Below, piece by piece: positions 11,621 to 20,900 of a stretch of 56,308 nucleotides of DNA. The DNA comes from Chloroflexota bacterium. Its GTDB lineage: Bacteria; Chloroflexota; Limnocylindria; Limnocylindrales; Limnocylindraceae. The DNA lies in the NCBI GenBank assembly GCA_041176225.1, contig JBEDDM010000002.1:1-56308 (forward strand), given 5' to 3'. A program made the translations under genes and the position numbers. Below the pieces are notes generated by a model. That model was given only the letters and a program-made list of their open reading frames with translations, was not told where the DNA came from and did not search any database. The first letter of the stretch is position 1. The number at the start of each line of letters is the position of its first letter.

Positions 11621-12778
11621 CTACTCGAGCGGCAGCAGGACCTCAATTGGTGCCCAGCTCTCGCCCACCAGATCAATGGTGGCGGGGAGATTCAGGAGCG
11701 CAAGGTCGAGAACGCTTCGGTCCACAAGCTCCGCGATCGGTGGCGCGGCCGACGCCACGCCTACAGCGACCGCCTGGTCGACCGCCCGCGTCAGTTCCGC
11801 CTCATCGATTGCGAATGCACCGCTTGGCGCTGGCCACATCGTGCCGTTGAACGCGTTGATTGACCAGAGAAGGCCGTCGCCATAGCGATCGGCAATTGCT
11901 GAGTCCTCAAGCACCACCGCGCAGGCAGGGACATCGTCGCGACACCCTGCGAGGCCGTCTGCGATCGCAATGAGTGTCAGCGCCATGGCGATGCGATTGT
12001 CTTCGCTCTCAAGCGCGGAGCGCAGCGCCCAGATCGCCGCTCCAGGGGCCAAAGAGAGGGTGTCGCCATCCGTACCGGCAACAAACCGCGATCCCTCTGG
12101 ACCAACGGGAATCCCGCTTTCAAGATCGTAGAACTCTTGCAGGCGTGCAGCGCCGTCATAGTTTGTAACGGCGGCGGCAACGTACGTCTCATCAAATAGA
12201 CCAAAGAGGTCGAACGGTGAGGATGGGTCTTCTGCATACGCGATTTCAAGTGCACTTCGGTCAACCCCAGCCTCGTCAAGTTGCGCCAAGAGTGGAGCTT
12301 CGTCGCCAGGGCGTCCCTGGAGGAGGATTGTTCCGGTGGCGACCTCCTCGAGTGATGCAGGACCTTTCGGGAGTACCGCCAACTGCATCCCAGCAGTTCG
12401 CTGGAGTCCCGCAATCATCACGAGATCGTTTCCCGCCTCGCGCGCAACGAGCGCAGCGGCCGGCGTGGCGAAGAAGATATCTGTCTGGCCATCACGTTCT
12501 CGAACGGCAAAGGCATCCTCGCCCGCATATGGCAGCACAATCTCTATCTGCACTCCTGCTCCCGCAATTGACTCTGATCCTGCCGCATTCGTGATGGCCG
12601 AGGCGAGCGCGTCTGGGGCTCCAGGGAGGTGGATCGCAACGGCAATGTCACGAGATGGAACTAGATCACCAGCGATTGAGCTGCCACTCGGTTCGGCGCT
12701 TCCGCCTACAGGCGGTCGGCACGCCGCAACTAGGACGAGTGCAAGGGCGACGCGTGCCGCCGCGCTCACGCGAATCAC
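11621..12778 (-). CDS. lipoprotein with periplasmic-binding-protein-like sequence pattern (NMT1/SsuA/PhnD-like, tentative), coupled to pstB
   Basis: Signal peptide plus lipobox [13 protein letters not shown] start 12778-12776 overlaps the pstB TGA 12777-12775. The family assignment is by general resemblance only. Confidence 0.6.
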   Translation of the reverse strand: MIRVSAAARVALALVLVAACRPPVGGSAEPSGSSIAGDLVPSRDIAVAIHLPGAPDALASAITNAAGSESIAGAGVQIEIVLPYAGEDAFAVRERDGQTDIFFATPAAALVAREAGNDLVMIAGLQRTAGMQLAVLPKGPASLEEVATGTILLQGRPGDEAPLLAQLDEAGVDRSALEIAYAEDPSSPFDLFGLFDETYVAAAVTNYDGAARLQEFYDLESGIPVGPEGSRFVAGTDGDTLSLAPGAAIWALRSALESEDNRIAMALTLIAIADGLAGCRDDVPACAVVLEDSAIADRYGDGLLWSINAFNGTMWPAPSGAFAIDEAELTRAVDQAVAVGVASAAPPIAELVDRSVLDLALLNLPATIDLVGESWAPIEVLLPLE

Positions 12779-13671
12779 CCGAATCGACCTGCGACGTAGC
12801 TTTCGGTCAGCGACTCCTTTGGTGCGGTGAAGATGGTGGTCGTTGGACCAGTTTCCACCAGGTACCCAGCACGGTTCTCATCCATGGAGAAGAAGGCGGT
12901 GGAGTCGGAGACTCGCGACGCCTGCTGCATGTTGTGCGTGACGATGACAATGGTGTACTCCGCAGCCAACTCGCGAATGAGATCTTCAATCTTCAGTGTT
13001 GCCACCGGATCGAGTGCGGAACACGGCTCATCCATCAAGAGCACGCGTGGCTGCACGGCGACTGCTCGTGCGATACAGAGTCGCTGCTGCTGTCCGCCAG
13101 AGAGCGAAGTTCCAGGCTGCTTGAGCTTCTCCTTCACCTCGTCCCATAGCGCGGCGCGGCGTAGCGATGCTTCAACGACGCCGTCAAGCTCCGACTTCGG
13201 CGTGCGTCCGAGGAGGCGCAGACCTGCGGCAACGTTCTCGTAGATTGACATCGTGGGGAAGGGATTCGGCTTCTGGAAGACCATGCCGATCACGCGGCGA
13301 ACCCGCACGGCATCTACCTCGCGGTCGTAGAGATCAATCCCGTCGAGTGTGATGGAGCCTTGCACCCTGGCCCCTGGAAGTGTCTCGTGCATTCGGTTGA
13401 TCGTGCGCAGCAGCGTGGACTTTCCACACCCTGAAGGCCCGATCAGCGCGGTGACCGCGCGTGGCTGAACTTCAAGGGAGACGTTGTTGACCGCACGGAA
13501 TGCGCCGTAGAAGGCCTCCACGTTCGTCAAGCTGACCGCTCCGCTCACCGCGACCTCGGCCTCCTGGGTGTGAGGCTGCACCTCTCCAGCACTCTCGGTG
13601 GCAGCACCCCTGCGATTCGTCTTCTTGCTCGACACGCTCAACATGTTCTCATCCCTTTCTGACCCTGTCAT
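12775..13671 (-). CDS. pstB: phosphate ABC transporter ATP-binding protein
   Basis: [26 protein letters not shown] and [15 protein letters not shown] 13671 lies 2 nt after the pstA stop and is preferred over the TTG at 13692. Confidence 0.95.
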   Translation of the reverse strand: MTGSERDENMLSVSSKKTNRRGAATESAGEVQPHTQEAEVAVSGAVSLTNVEAFYGAFRAVNNVSLEVQPRAVTALIGPSGCGKSTLLRTINRMHETLPGARVQGSITLDGIDLYDREVDAVRVRRVIGMVFQKPNPFPTMSIYENVAAGLRLLGRTPKSELDGVVEASLRRAALWDEVKEKLKQPGTSLSGGQQQRLCIARAVAVQPRVLLMDEPCSALDPVATLKIEDLIRELAAEYTIVIVTHNMQQASRVSDSTAFFSMDENRAGYLVETGPTTTIFTAPKESLTESYVAGRFG

Positions 13672-13672
13672 T

Positions 13673-14548
13673 TCATGCCACCCGGCTGTCAATGGTGCGC
13701 CATCGCACGATCACGTTGAGCGCGAGGGCGATCGCCATCAGGACGAGCGCAGTTGCCCACGCCTGCCCAATGGTCCGATCGTCCGCCGCCTCCGCATACC
13801 TGAAGATCACCAGCGGCATCGCATTCATCGTGGTGCCAAAGTCGAGGAAGTTTGATGCGTTCGTCCCCTTCGCCGTCATGATCAGCGGCGCCGTCTCCCC
13901 GAGTGCGCGACTTGCAGCCAGCACGAGTCCGGTCAGGACCCCAGGGAGTGCGGTGCGAAGGGTGACGAGGAGTGTGGTGCGCCAGACTGGAATTCCGAGC
14001 GCGAGTGACGCTTCACGAATTGACGGTGGGACGAGTCGCATCACCTCCTGTGTGGTGCGCATCACGATCGGGAGTGTCAAGACACCGAGCGCGAGCGAGC
14101 CCGCCCAACCAGAGAAACCTAGAATTGGAACTAAGAGCAAGAACGCGAAAAGACCAGCGACGATACTTGGAATGCCGAGCAAGATATCAATCGCCATTTC
14201 TCCGAAGGACGCAACTCGCGCTGAAGCGAATTCACTGAGATACACACCTCCAGCAACGCCGATCGGTCCAGTAACCAGGAGGGCGAGCGCGGACATCTGG
14301 AGTGAACCGATGATGGCGTTCAAAATTCCAGGCTGTGCGTCTAGGGGGTTGTTGAAGAAGAATTCTGGGTTGAGCCATGGGAGGGCTCTGAGCGTAACGA
14401 ACATGACAAGGGCGAAGAGCGGGAGCACTGCAAGGAACGCAGCTACCTCAACCACGCGTCTCATGATCCAGTCAGTCCGTGCCCTGCGTAAGTCTCGCGC
14501 ACCCGGCTCAAGCAGTGCTTCCTGAACGCTCACGGATACCCTGCTCAT
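13673..14548 (-). CDS. pstA: phosphate ABC transporter permease PstA
   Basis: Six-TM permease with [27 protein letters not shown] loop. Sits between pstC and pstB. Confidence 0.9.
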   Translation of the reverse strand: MSRVSVSVQEALLEPGARDLRRARTDWIMRRVVEVAAFLAVLPLFALVMFVTLRALPWLNPEFFFNNPLDAQPGILNAIIGSLQMSALALLVTGPIGVAGGVYLSEFASARVASFGEMAIDILLGIPSIVAGLFAFLLLVPILGFSGWAGSLALGVLTLPIVMRTTQEVMRLVPPSIREASLALGIPVWRTTLLVTLRTALPGVLTGLVLAASRALGETAPLIMTAKGTNASNFLDFGTTMNAMPLVIFRYAEAADDRTIGQAWATALVLMAIALALNVIVRWRTIDSRVA

Positions 14549-15525
14549 GAGACGGCCTTGATTGCGGTAAATCTCCGGAGCGAGAGACGTACGATCAAAC
14601 TGATCACAAAGGAGAGGAGGAAGAGCGCGAGCCCCAGTGCAACGAGTGCAGAGAGTTGCACCTCTGAGATCACCTCGCCGATGTTGCTCGCAACCTTAGA
14701 AGCGACAGTACTTCCTGGAAGGAAGAGGCTCGTTGGAATTCCCTCTGCGTTTCCAATCACCATGGTCACAGCAACCGTTTCGCCAATCGCTCGCCCGAGG
14801 GCAAGGAGAACAGCGCCGATCAGACCGATGCGAGCGGTGGGAACTACCACGTCGCGGATCGCCTCCCACTTGGTGGCGCCCATCCCGATGTACCCTTCGC
14901 GCAACGAGATCGGCACTGATCGAAGGAATTCGCGCGACACTGCAACGATCATTGGCAAGATCATGATCGCAAGCACAAATCCCGCGCGGAACACACTGTC
15001 CGCTGCCGGCGAGCCTGGATCTTCTGCTAGCCACGGAATAACCCTGCCTAGGGTTGATGCGATCCACCACTCTATTGAGTCTCGAATTCGAAGCGAGAGG
15101 TCACCGAGCGCCCAGAGGCCGAACACCACAGAGGGGATCGCCGCGATGAGCTCAACAAGAAATGTGAGTGGGATCGCGATGCGTTTTGGGGCAAACTCCA
15201 CGAGATAGATCGCCCCCAGGATGCCGATTGGTGCAGCGAATAGCACCGCGATGAAGCTTGTTGCCGCCGTACCGAAGAGCGCGGCTGCAGCCCCATACAC
15301 CTCGAGGGTTGTACCGTCCGCTTGTTCAATTCCAGTAATCCACGCAGTGGTGCTGATGAAGCTAAATGGGCTCTGGATTGCCCAGAGTGGAAGTGTGTTC
15401 GCAATGAGATAGCCCGTGATGACCAACAGGAGGACCACTCCCGCTCCGGCGGCCGCACCGAGCAGCCGCCGGAAGAGAGGATCAGCCGTTCCGCTTCGCG
15501 CCTGTTGAACATCCAGCGTTGCCAA
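14545..15525 (-). CDS. pstC: phosphate ABC transporter permease PstC
   Basis: REGYIGMGATKWEAIRDVVVPTA loop. 4-nt overlap with pstA. Confidence 0.9.
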   Translation of the reverse strand: MATLDVQQARSGTADPLFRRLLGAAAGAGVVLLLVITGYLIANTLPLWAIQSPFSFISTTAWITGIEQADGTTLEVYGAAAALFGTAATSFIAVLFAAPIGILGAIYLVEFAPKRIAIPLTFLVELIAAIPSVVFGLWALGDLSLRIRDSIEWWIASTLGRVIPWLAEDPGSPAADSVFRAGFVLAIMILPMIVAVSREFLRSVPISLREGYIGMGATKWEAIRDVVVPTARIGLIGAVLLALGRAIGETVAVTMVIGNAEGIPTSLFLPGSTVASKVASNIGEVISEVQLSALVALGLALFLLSFVISLIVRLSLRRFTAIKAVS

Positions 15526-15597
15526 GATTCAGCTCCTCCTCCCTGCGATCAATGCTCGCCGTCGTCGTCACTTACTGAACATTCGTCCAGAGAATAC

Positions 15598-15629
15598 GCT
15601 GGGGGCGGACCACCTGGCCCGCCCCCAGC
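15598..15629 (-). terminator. GC-rich hairpin between pstS and pstC (intra-operon attenuator or 3'-end stabiliser)
   Basis: gctgggggcgg (15598-15608) pairs perfectly with ccgcccccagc (15619-15629), giving an 11-bp stem. No U-tract follows. Confidence 0.5.
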
Positions 15630-15650
15630 GCCTGTCAGAACAGGGCTAGA

Positions 15651-16997
15651 TCACGGCCAGACGGATACCCCGTTGAACGTGATCTTCTTCAGCTCGGCAA
15701 GCGCCTTCGCTCGTACCGTAGCTGGGACTGGCGTGTACCCCTTGTAGAGGTACGTGGACTTCTGTCCATCGGTGAGTGCCCACTCCATGAAGGCAATCAT
15801 TCCCTGGACCTGTCCAAGCGTCGTCCCGTTTGCGTTGTCGTACTCGTGGTAGATCAGCCACCATGAGTAGCCCACGATTGGGTACGAATTCACACCAGCC
15901 GCGAAGACTGGCTGCACGAAGCTCGTGCTCGGATTGATTGGATCCTCAGCGTTCACGGCATTCGTCAACGCGGAGTTGATTGAGGCCGTGGTTGGCTTCA
16001 GATAAACCGTCGTTGCGCCGCGCTTCGTCTTTGCTGCGAGTGCAGCCTCCTTCAAGCCGTACTTCGAGGCGTATGACGACTCCACGTACGAGATTGAGAG
16101 GTTCGTTGCCTTCACGTACGGTGCAATACCACCGTTACCTGGCTTCCCCGTGATCGCCGCAGCGCCATTCGCTGCCCGAATCGCGGCGAAGTAGGTGCCC
16201 GGCGCCGTCTGCGCAGGGGTGAACGTGCCGGCGGCGTCGTTCAGATTTGCCTCCGTTGAGGAGGTGAAGTTGCTGTGGTAACCACAGTTCTTCTGCGCAG
16301 CTGACGATGCCTTTCCAAGGTACGAAGAGAACACGAAGGTTGTGCCTGATCCATCAGAGCGTCCAACAACATTGATGTTTGCATTTGGCAGGTTCGCAAC
16401 CGAAGGGTTCAGTGCCTTGATCTTTGGGTCGTTCCACTTCTTGATCGTGCCAAGATAGATTCCACAGACTACTGAACCGTCCAAGCGCAGCGTTGCCGCT
16501 GCACCAGCTGTGGTCTTAAGGCCGTCAATTCGGTAAACCACCGATAGCGGGCCAGTGATCGCTGGGATCACCGAATACTTGCTGCCAATGTCCGTCGCAG
16601 CAATCGCTGCACGCTGTGTCGACGTTAGAACCGCGTCAGATCCCGAGAACATCTGTACTGGGGACTTACGAGCCGTTCCGTAGAAGTTTGTGATTCCCGC
16701 TCCCGAACCACCACCGGTGTAGCCGAGCACGAGGCTGTTGCCTGAGTTGCTCGAGTGGAACTGCGCGAGCGACGTGCCAGTCGTGACCGCAGTTGCCTCG
16801 GTGTTTTCGTCGGTGAAGGACCTGAACCAGTCTGTGTACTGGTTCCAAGGGAATGTTGCGCCGGAGCCTTCAATCTTTCCGGCCGCGTTCGCGTCGATGG
16901 ATGGGTCAGCTGCGTACGCAACGCCACTGACGCTCACGGTGAGCGCGAGGGCGAGGGCGATGCTGACGCGAATGCTCTTTACGAGACTCATCGTCAC
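15651..16997 (-). CDS. pstS: phosphate-binding protein PstS (448 aa, long form)
   Basis: GSGATFP and RSDGSGTTFVF motifs. The N-terminal signal ends AYA-AD and has no Cys. Confidence 0.9.
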   Translation of the reverse strand: MTMSLVKSIRVSIALALALTVSVSGVAYAADPSIDANAAGKIEGSGATFPWNQYTDWFRSFTDENTEATAVTTGTSLAQFHSSNSGNSLVLGYTGGGSGAGITNFYGTARKSPVQMFSGSDAVLTSTQRAAIAATDIGSKYSVIPAITGPLSVVYRIDGLKTTAGAAATLRLDGSVVCGIYLGTIKKWNDPKIKALNPSVANLPNANINVVGRSDGSGTTFVFSSYLGKASSAAQKNCGYHSNFTSSTEANLNDAAGTFTPAQTAPGTYFAAIRAANGAAAITGKPGNGGIAPYVKATNLSISYVESSYASKYGLKEAALAAKTKRGATTVYLKPTTASINSALTNAVNAEDPINPSTSFVQPVFAAGVNSYPIVGYSWWLIYHEYDNANGTTLGQVQGMIAFMEWALTDGQKSTYLYKGYTPVPATVRAKALAELKKITFNGVSVWP

Positions 16998-17062
16998 TCC
17001 TACCTATTTGGCGAGGCGCCCTTGGCTCGCCATAATTGCGGGCGCATGCACATCCTCCGTGG

Positions 17063-17095
17063 GACGTGTGAACAGCCTGCTACCGCCAGGTAAAC
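17063..17095 (-). promoter_or_regulatory. candidate PHO box (three phased 11-nt units) upstream of pstS
   Basis: The minus strand reads GTTTACCTGGC GGTAGCAGGCT GTTCACACGTC, 66-98 nt upstream of the pstS start. Units 1 and 3 resemble the actinobacterial PhoP repeat GTTCACC as I recall it. Confidence 0.4.
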
Positions 17096-17107
17096 GGCGC
17101 GTTAATT

Positions 17108-18058
17108 TTATTTCCGCGCCGGGGCGCTCGGGCGGATCGCCTCCCACTCGGCCACGAGGACGGCCCCCAAGATCAGTGCGCCGCCCAGGAGCTGGATGAG
17201 GGTGAGGCTTTCTCCAAAGATGATCCCTGCGGCAACGATCGTGAAGATCGGCTCCACGGTGCTGACGAGCGCAGCGCGGGCGGCGCCGAGGCGCTGTGCG
17301 CCGGCATAGAAGGCACCGATCGGCACGATACCGGCGATCGTTGCTACGCCGATGATTGGGAGAAGCGCATCGCTTGGGATCGGCATTGGAAGCAGGTCGC
17401 GTCCGGCGAGGAGCCGCAGCGCGAAGACGCCGAGCGCGGTCCCAGCCAGGCTGAGTGGGACCGCGGCAAGCGGCGGAATGCCGCCACCGCGGCTTGATCC
17501 GGTGCCGCGCTTTGACTCGCCGCCCAGACGAGCGGCGAGGATGATGTAGCAGCTGTAGATGATGGGTGAGGCAACACCAAGGACGAGTCCGATGAGCGCC
17601 GGCTCCTTCCCCGCGGAGATCCCTCCAACGCCGAGCGCCACGCCAGTGGTGGCGATCCCGAGTGCCACCCAGGGTCGCAAACCTGACGGTGCATGCGCAA
17701 AGAAGATGGAGAGGACTGCAACGATCGCGGGGTACGCATACGTCATCAGTCCGGCGAGGGAGGCGTCGATCCAGATCAGGCTCGCAAAGTAGGTTGAGGC
17801 GTTCGCAACGAAGAGCGCGCCGATTGCGAGCGCGGAGAGTGCGCGCCGCGGCGACAACGAACGCAGCGCCGCTCGACCTGCTGGGAGTGCGAGCACGATC
17901 ACGGCAAGGAAGATCGCGGCGAGGAAGTGCCGCCAGGCGAGAAGGTCGAGCCAATCAAACCCGGTGGGATAGATCCACTTTGCAAAGAGCGGACCTGATC
18001 CGTAGCCAAATGCGGAGACCGCGACGAGGAGAATCCAGGGGAGTCGTGAGCCACGCAT
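17108..18058 (-). CDS. EamA/DMT-family transporter (316 aa)
   Basis: Starts at ATG 18058 (MRGSRLPWILLVAVSAFGYG). Ten hydrophobic segments. The upstream 52 codons of the ORF are Arg-rich and rejected. Confidence 0.8.
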   Translation of the reverse strand: MRGSRLPWILLVAVSAFGYGSGPLFAKWIYPTGFDWLDLLAWRHFLAAIFLAVIVLALPAGRAALRSLSPRRALSALAIGALFVANASTYFASLIWIDASLAGLMTYAYPAIVAVLSIFFAHAPSGLRPWVALGIATTGVALGVGGISAGKEPALIGLVLGVASPIIYSCYIILAARLGGESKRGTGSSRGGGIPPLAAVPLSLAGTALGVFALRLLAGRDLLPMPIPSDALLPIIGVATIAGIVPIGAFYAGAQRLGAARAALVSTVEPIFTIVAAGIIFGESLTLIQLLGGALILGAVLVAEWEAIRPSAPARK

Positions 18059-18096
18059 CGCAGAAGGATACGCGAGGAAACGAGTATCATCTGCGC

Positions 18097-19056
18097 ATGT
18101 CTTCCAGTGCGCGCCTGACCTCGGGCTCCCCGCTCGCCATTGCACTCGGGATGCTCGCGATCTACATCGTCTGGGGGACCACCTACCTTGCGATCCGCGT
18201 TGTTGTTGATCCATCGGCAGGGAGCGCGATCCCTCCGTTCACCATGGTTGCGCTCCGCTTCGCCCTTGCGGGTGCGGTGATGCTCGCGATCGTCGCTGTG
18301 GTTGCGCGACCAGCACTACGCAGCTTGACGCGCGCACAGATTCGCGACCAGGTGATCGTTGGCCTCGCACTGAACGTTGGTGGGCTTGGGATCACGTCGT
18401 ACGGCGAGCAGACCATCCCATCAGGCATCACCGCGCTCCTCATCGCCCTCCTCCCCATCTGGGTCGCCCTGATCGGTCGAGTTGTCTACAAAGACCGCAT
18501 TGCGCCACTCACACTCTTCGGCATCGTGATCGGCATCGTGGGTGTGGCAATCCTTATCTCGCCGCGCACGGATGGTGCAGGGCTTGATCCTCTCGGACTC
18601 GCCTGCATCCTCATCAGTCCGTTGAGTTGGGGTGGCGGGTCAATCTGGAGCCAGCGGCGTGCAGCAACCCCGCCAGATGCTCGCGTTGCCGTGACGATCC
18701 AAATGCTTGCGGGGAGCGTTGGTGGCGCGATCGTTGCCCTGCTCCTTGGTGAGCCGGCGCAGATCCAGACTGAGACGATCGGACCAGACGTGCTCTTTGC
18801 GCTCTTCTACCTAACGACGGTGGGGAGCCTCTTCGCCTACAACGTCTACACCTGGCTCCTCCGCGTCGCGCCGTTTGGACTCGTCTCAACCTATGCCTAC
18901 GTCAACCCAGTCGTTGCCGTAATCGCGGGTGGGCTGATCCTTGCGGAGCCTATCTCTGCGCAGATCGTGCTCGGCGGTGGCATCGTGGTCGTTGGGGTTG
19001 CGATGATGGTGACCGCACGAAGTCGCACCATCAAGGCGGGTGGCACCGCGCACTGA
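18097..19056 (+). CDS. EamA/DMT-family transporter (319 aa)
   Basis: Internal ATG 18097 (MSSSARLTSGSPLAIALGMLAIYIVWGTTYLAIR). The preceding 145 codons of ORF 17662..19056 are antisense to the neighbouring gene and Arg-rich. Confidence 0.82.
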   Translation: MSSSARLTSGSPLAIALGMLAIYIVWGTTYLAIRVVVDPSAGSAIPPFTMVALRFALAGAVMLAIVAVVARPALRSLTRAQIRDQVIVGLALNVGGLGITSYGEQTIPSGITALLIALLPIWVALIGRVVYKDRIAPLTLFGIVIGIVGVAILISPRTDGAGLDPLGLACILISPLSWGGGSIWSQRRAATPPDARVAVTIQMLAGSVGGAIVALLLGEPAQIQTETIGPDVLFALFYLTTVGSLFAYNVYTWLLRVAPFGLVSTYAYVNPVVAVIAGGLILAEPISAQIVLGGGIVVVGVAMMVTARSRTIKAGGTAH

Positions 19057-19071
19057 GGCTAGGATGCACGC

Positions 19072-19599
19072 ATGGATCTAGCGAAGCGACGTGCATTCAC
19101 CGAGCGAGTGGTCGCGGCGGGCCGCGATGCCGGGGTCAATGTGCACCCTCAAGCCATGGCGGAGAGCACCGCCACTGCGGCACAAGCGGCGGCCGCGCTC
19201 GGTGTTGAGGTTGGGCAGATCGTCAAGAGTCTCGTCTTCTCCATTGAGGGGGGAGCGGAGACGCGCGGCGTGCTCTGCCTGGTGTCAGGTGCAGATCGTG
19301 TTGATCTCACCGCACTCACCCGCGCACTCAATCTTGCGCAAGGAGAACAGGTTCGTCGCGCAACGGCGGATGAGGCTCGTGCGTTCACCGGTTTCGTGAT
19401 TGGCGGCATCCCTCCGTTTGGACACACGCCAGCACATGAATACGCTGCGCCAATTGTTCTCGCGGATGCTGGACTCTCATCGCGGGGTGAACTCTGGGCG
19501 GCCTGCGGCACGCACCTTGATGTCTTCCCCATCGCCTACGAAGCACTTCTTCGCGCAGCTCATGCGCGTGAGGTTTCTGTGAGCGAACGTCCGTCATGA
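19072..19599 (+). CDS. YbaK/EbsC-family aminoacyl-tRNA deacylase
   Basis: VKSLVF and GGIPPFGH motifs. 175 aa. Confidence 0.75.
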   Translation: MDLAKRRAFTERVVAAGRDAGVNVHPQAMAESTATAAQAAAALGVEVGQIVKSLVFSIEGGAETRGVLCLVSGADRVDLTALTRALNLAQGEQVRRATADEARAFTGFVIGGIPPFGHTPAHEYAAPIVLADAGLSSRGELWAACGTHLDVFPIAYEALLRAAHAREVSVSERPS

Positions 19600-20900
19600 G
19601 CGGTGGCCGCGCCCCCTCCATGAAGATCACGCGCGCCGCTGCGCGGCGATTTCTCGCCGAGCGACACATGCTCCTCCCGCCACGCTCACTCCCTGCAAGT
19701 CGCGGGTCAGTACTTGCGCTGATCGCGCGACTCGGTTCGCTGCAGTTTGATCCTGTTGATCTCGCTGGCCGCAGCCATGAACTGGTCTGTCACGCACGTA
19801 TTGATGGCTTTGAGCCGCGCTGGGTGGACGAGCTGCTCTACGCGAGCGTGCCGGCGAAGCGCGCACTGATTGAGCAGTACAACGGCGTGCTCGTGATCAT
19901 CCCCACGAGTGAACTGCCGTACTACCGCCGTCCTGCGGACAGACGACGCGAACGATTCTGGAGCGACGGCACCTACAAGAAGTTGAAGCCGTGGGCGGAG
20001 ACGATCATGTCGCGCATCACCAGCGAAGGCGCCCTCAGCGCGAGTGACTTTGGTCCGTCAAAGCTGGTCGAATGGTCATGGGGGCCAACCCCCGCGTATC
20101 GCGCGGCGCTCGAGATGCTCGCAAACTCTGGCGAGCTCTACCTTGCCCGACGCGAGGGCTCCATTCGCTGGTTCGACCTCCCCGAGCGACTCCTCCCCCG
20201 CAATGTGCTGGAGCGGCGCGTCAGTGAAGAGGAGCAGATTGCGCACACCTTCTTGGCGCGACATCGCGATATGGGTCTCACCTCAGCCAACGCGGCGTGG
20301 GTTCCGCGTGACTGGCCGCTCACCCGGAAGCAACTCGTGGAGCGACTCATTGCCCACGGGGAGCTCTTGGAGGTAGAAATCGTGGGGCTGCCAGGAGTCT
20401 GGCGACTCCCTGCGGCCGAACGTTTTGCGCTTGAGGCGGCGGCGCGCGCAACCACTGGAAGCCGGACCGCAGCTGCAGATCCGAATGCGGTCACCCTTCT
20501 CTCGCCGCTCGATCCGTTGATTCACGATCGCGCGCGCCTGGAACAGTTGTACGACTTTCACTATCGCTGGGAGATCTACACGCCAGAGAAGAGGCGCACC
20601 TACGGGCCCTACACAATGCCGATCCATGCAGGTGATGCGATCGTGGGCCGCATCCAGATGCACCGCGAAAAGGGCGGGGTTGACGGCGCGAGTGGCGCGC
20701 TGATCATTGACGGGCTCTGGTGGGAGAGGCGCACAAAACCTCAACACCACCTTGAGGGGCTGACGCGCGCAATCCGATCTCATCAACGCCTGCTCGGCCT
20801 CACCGCGGGAAAGATGCCGTCGGTGTTGGCTGAGCGCCGTGATGGGGGTCAGCTCTTCAAGAAACTAAGGCGTGCCGACGTGTTCTTGGCCAACGACTAG
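19596..20900 (+). CDS. winged-helix YcaQ/AlkZ-family DNA glycosylase (interstrand-crosslink unhooking family)
   Basis: N-terminal ARRFLAERHMLLPPR, and LGSLQFDPV carrying a Q-Phi-D motif. About 430 aa. ATGA overlap with the upstream gene. Confidence 0.72.
   Translation: MSGGRAPSMKITRAAARRFLAERHMLLPPRSLPASRGSVLALIARLGSLQFDPVDLAGRSHELVCHARIDGFEPRWVDELLYASVPAKRALIEQYNGVLVIIPTSELPYYRRPADRRRERFWSDGTYKKLKPWAETIMSRITSEGALSASDFGPSKLVEWSWGPTPAYRAALEMLANSGELYLARREGSIRWFDLPERLLPRNVLERRVSEEEQIAHTFLARHRDMGLTSANAAWVPRDWPLTRKQLVERLIAHGELLEVEIVGLPGVWRLPAAERFALEAAARATTGSRTAAADPNAVTLLSPLDPLIHDRARLEQLYDFHYRWEIYTPEKRRTYGPYTMPIHAGDAIVGRIQMHREKGGVDGASGALIIDGLWWERRTKPQHHLEGLTRAIRSHQRLLGLTAGKMPSVLAERRDGGQLFKKLRRADVFLAND

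Noticed and set aside
17004-17954. 316-aa ORF on the minus strand
   Set aside because: It is extremely Arg/Pro/Ala-rich with no motif. It lies on the same strand but off-frame within the EamA transporter gene (17108..18058), which has a clear 10-helix pattern. This is a typical high-GC shadow ORF.
17662-18096. 145-codon N-terminal extension of the second EamA ORF
   Set aside because: It is an Arg-rich frame antisense to the neighbouring transporter. The hydrophobic protein begins at ATG 18097.
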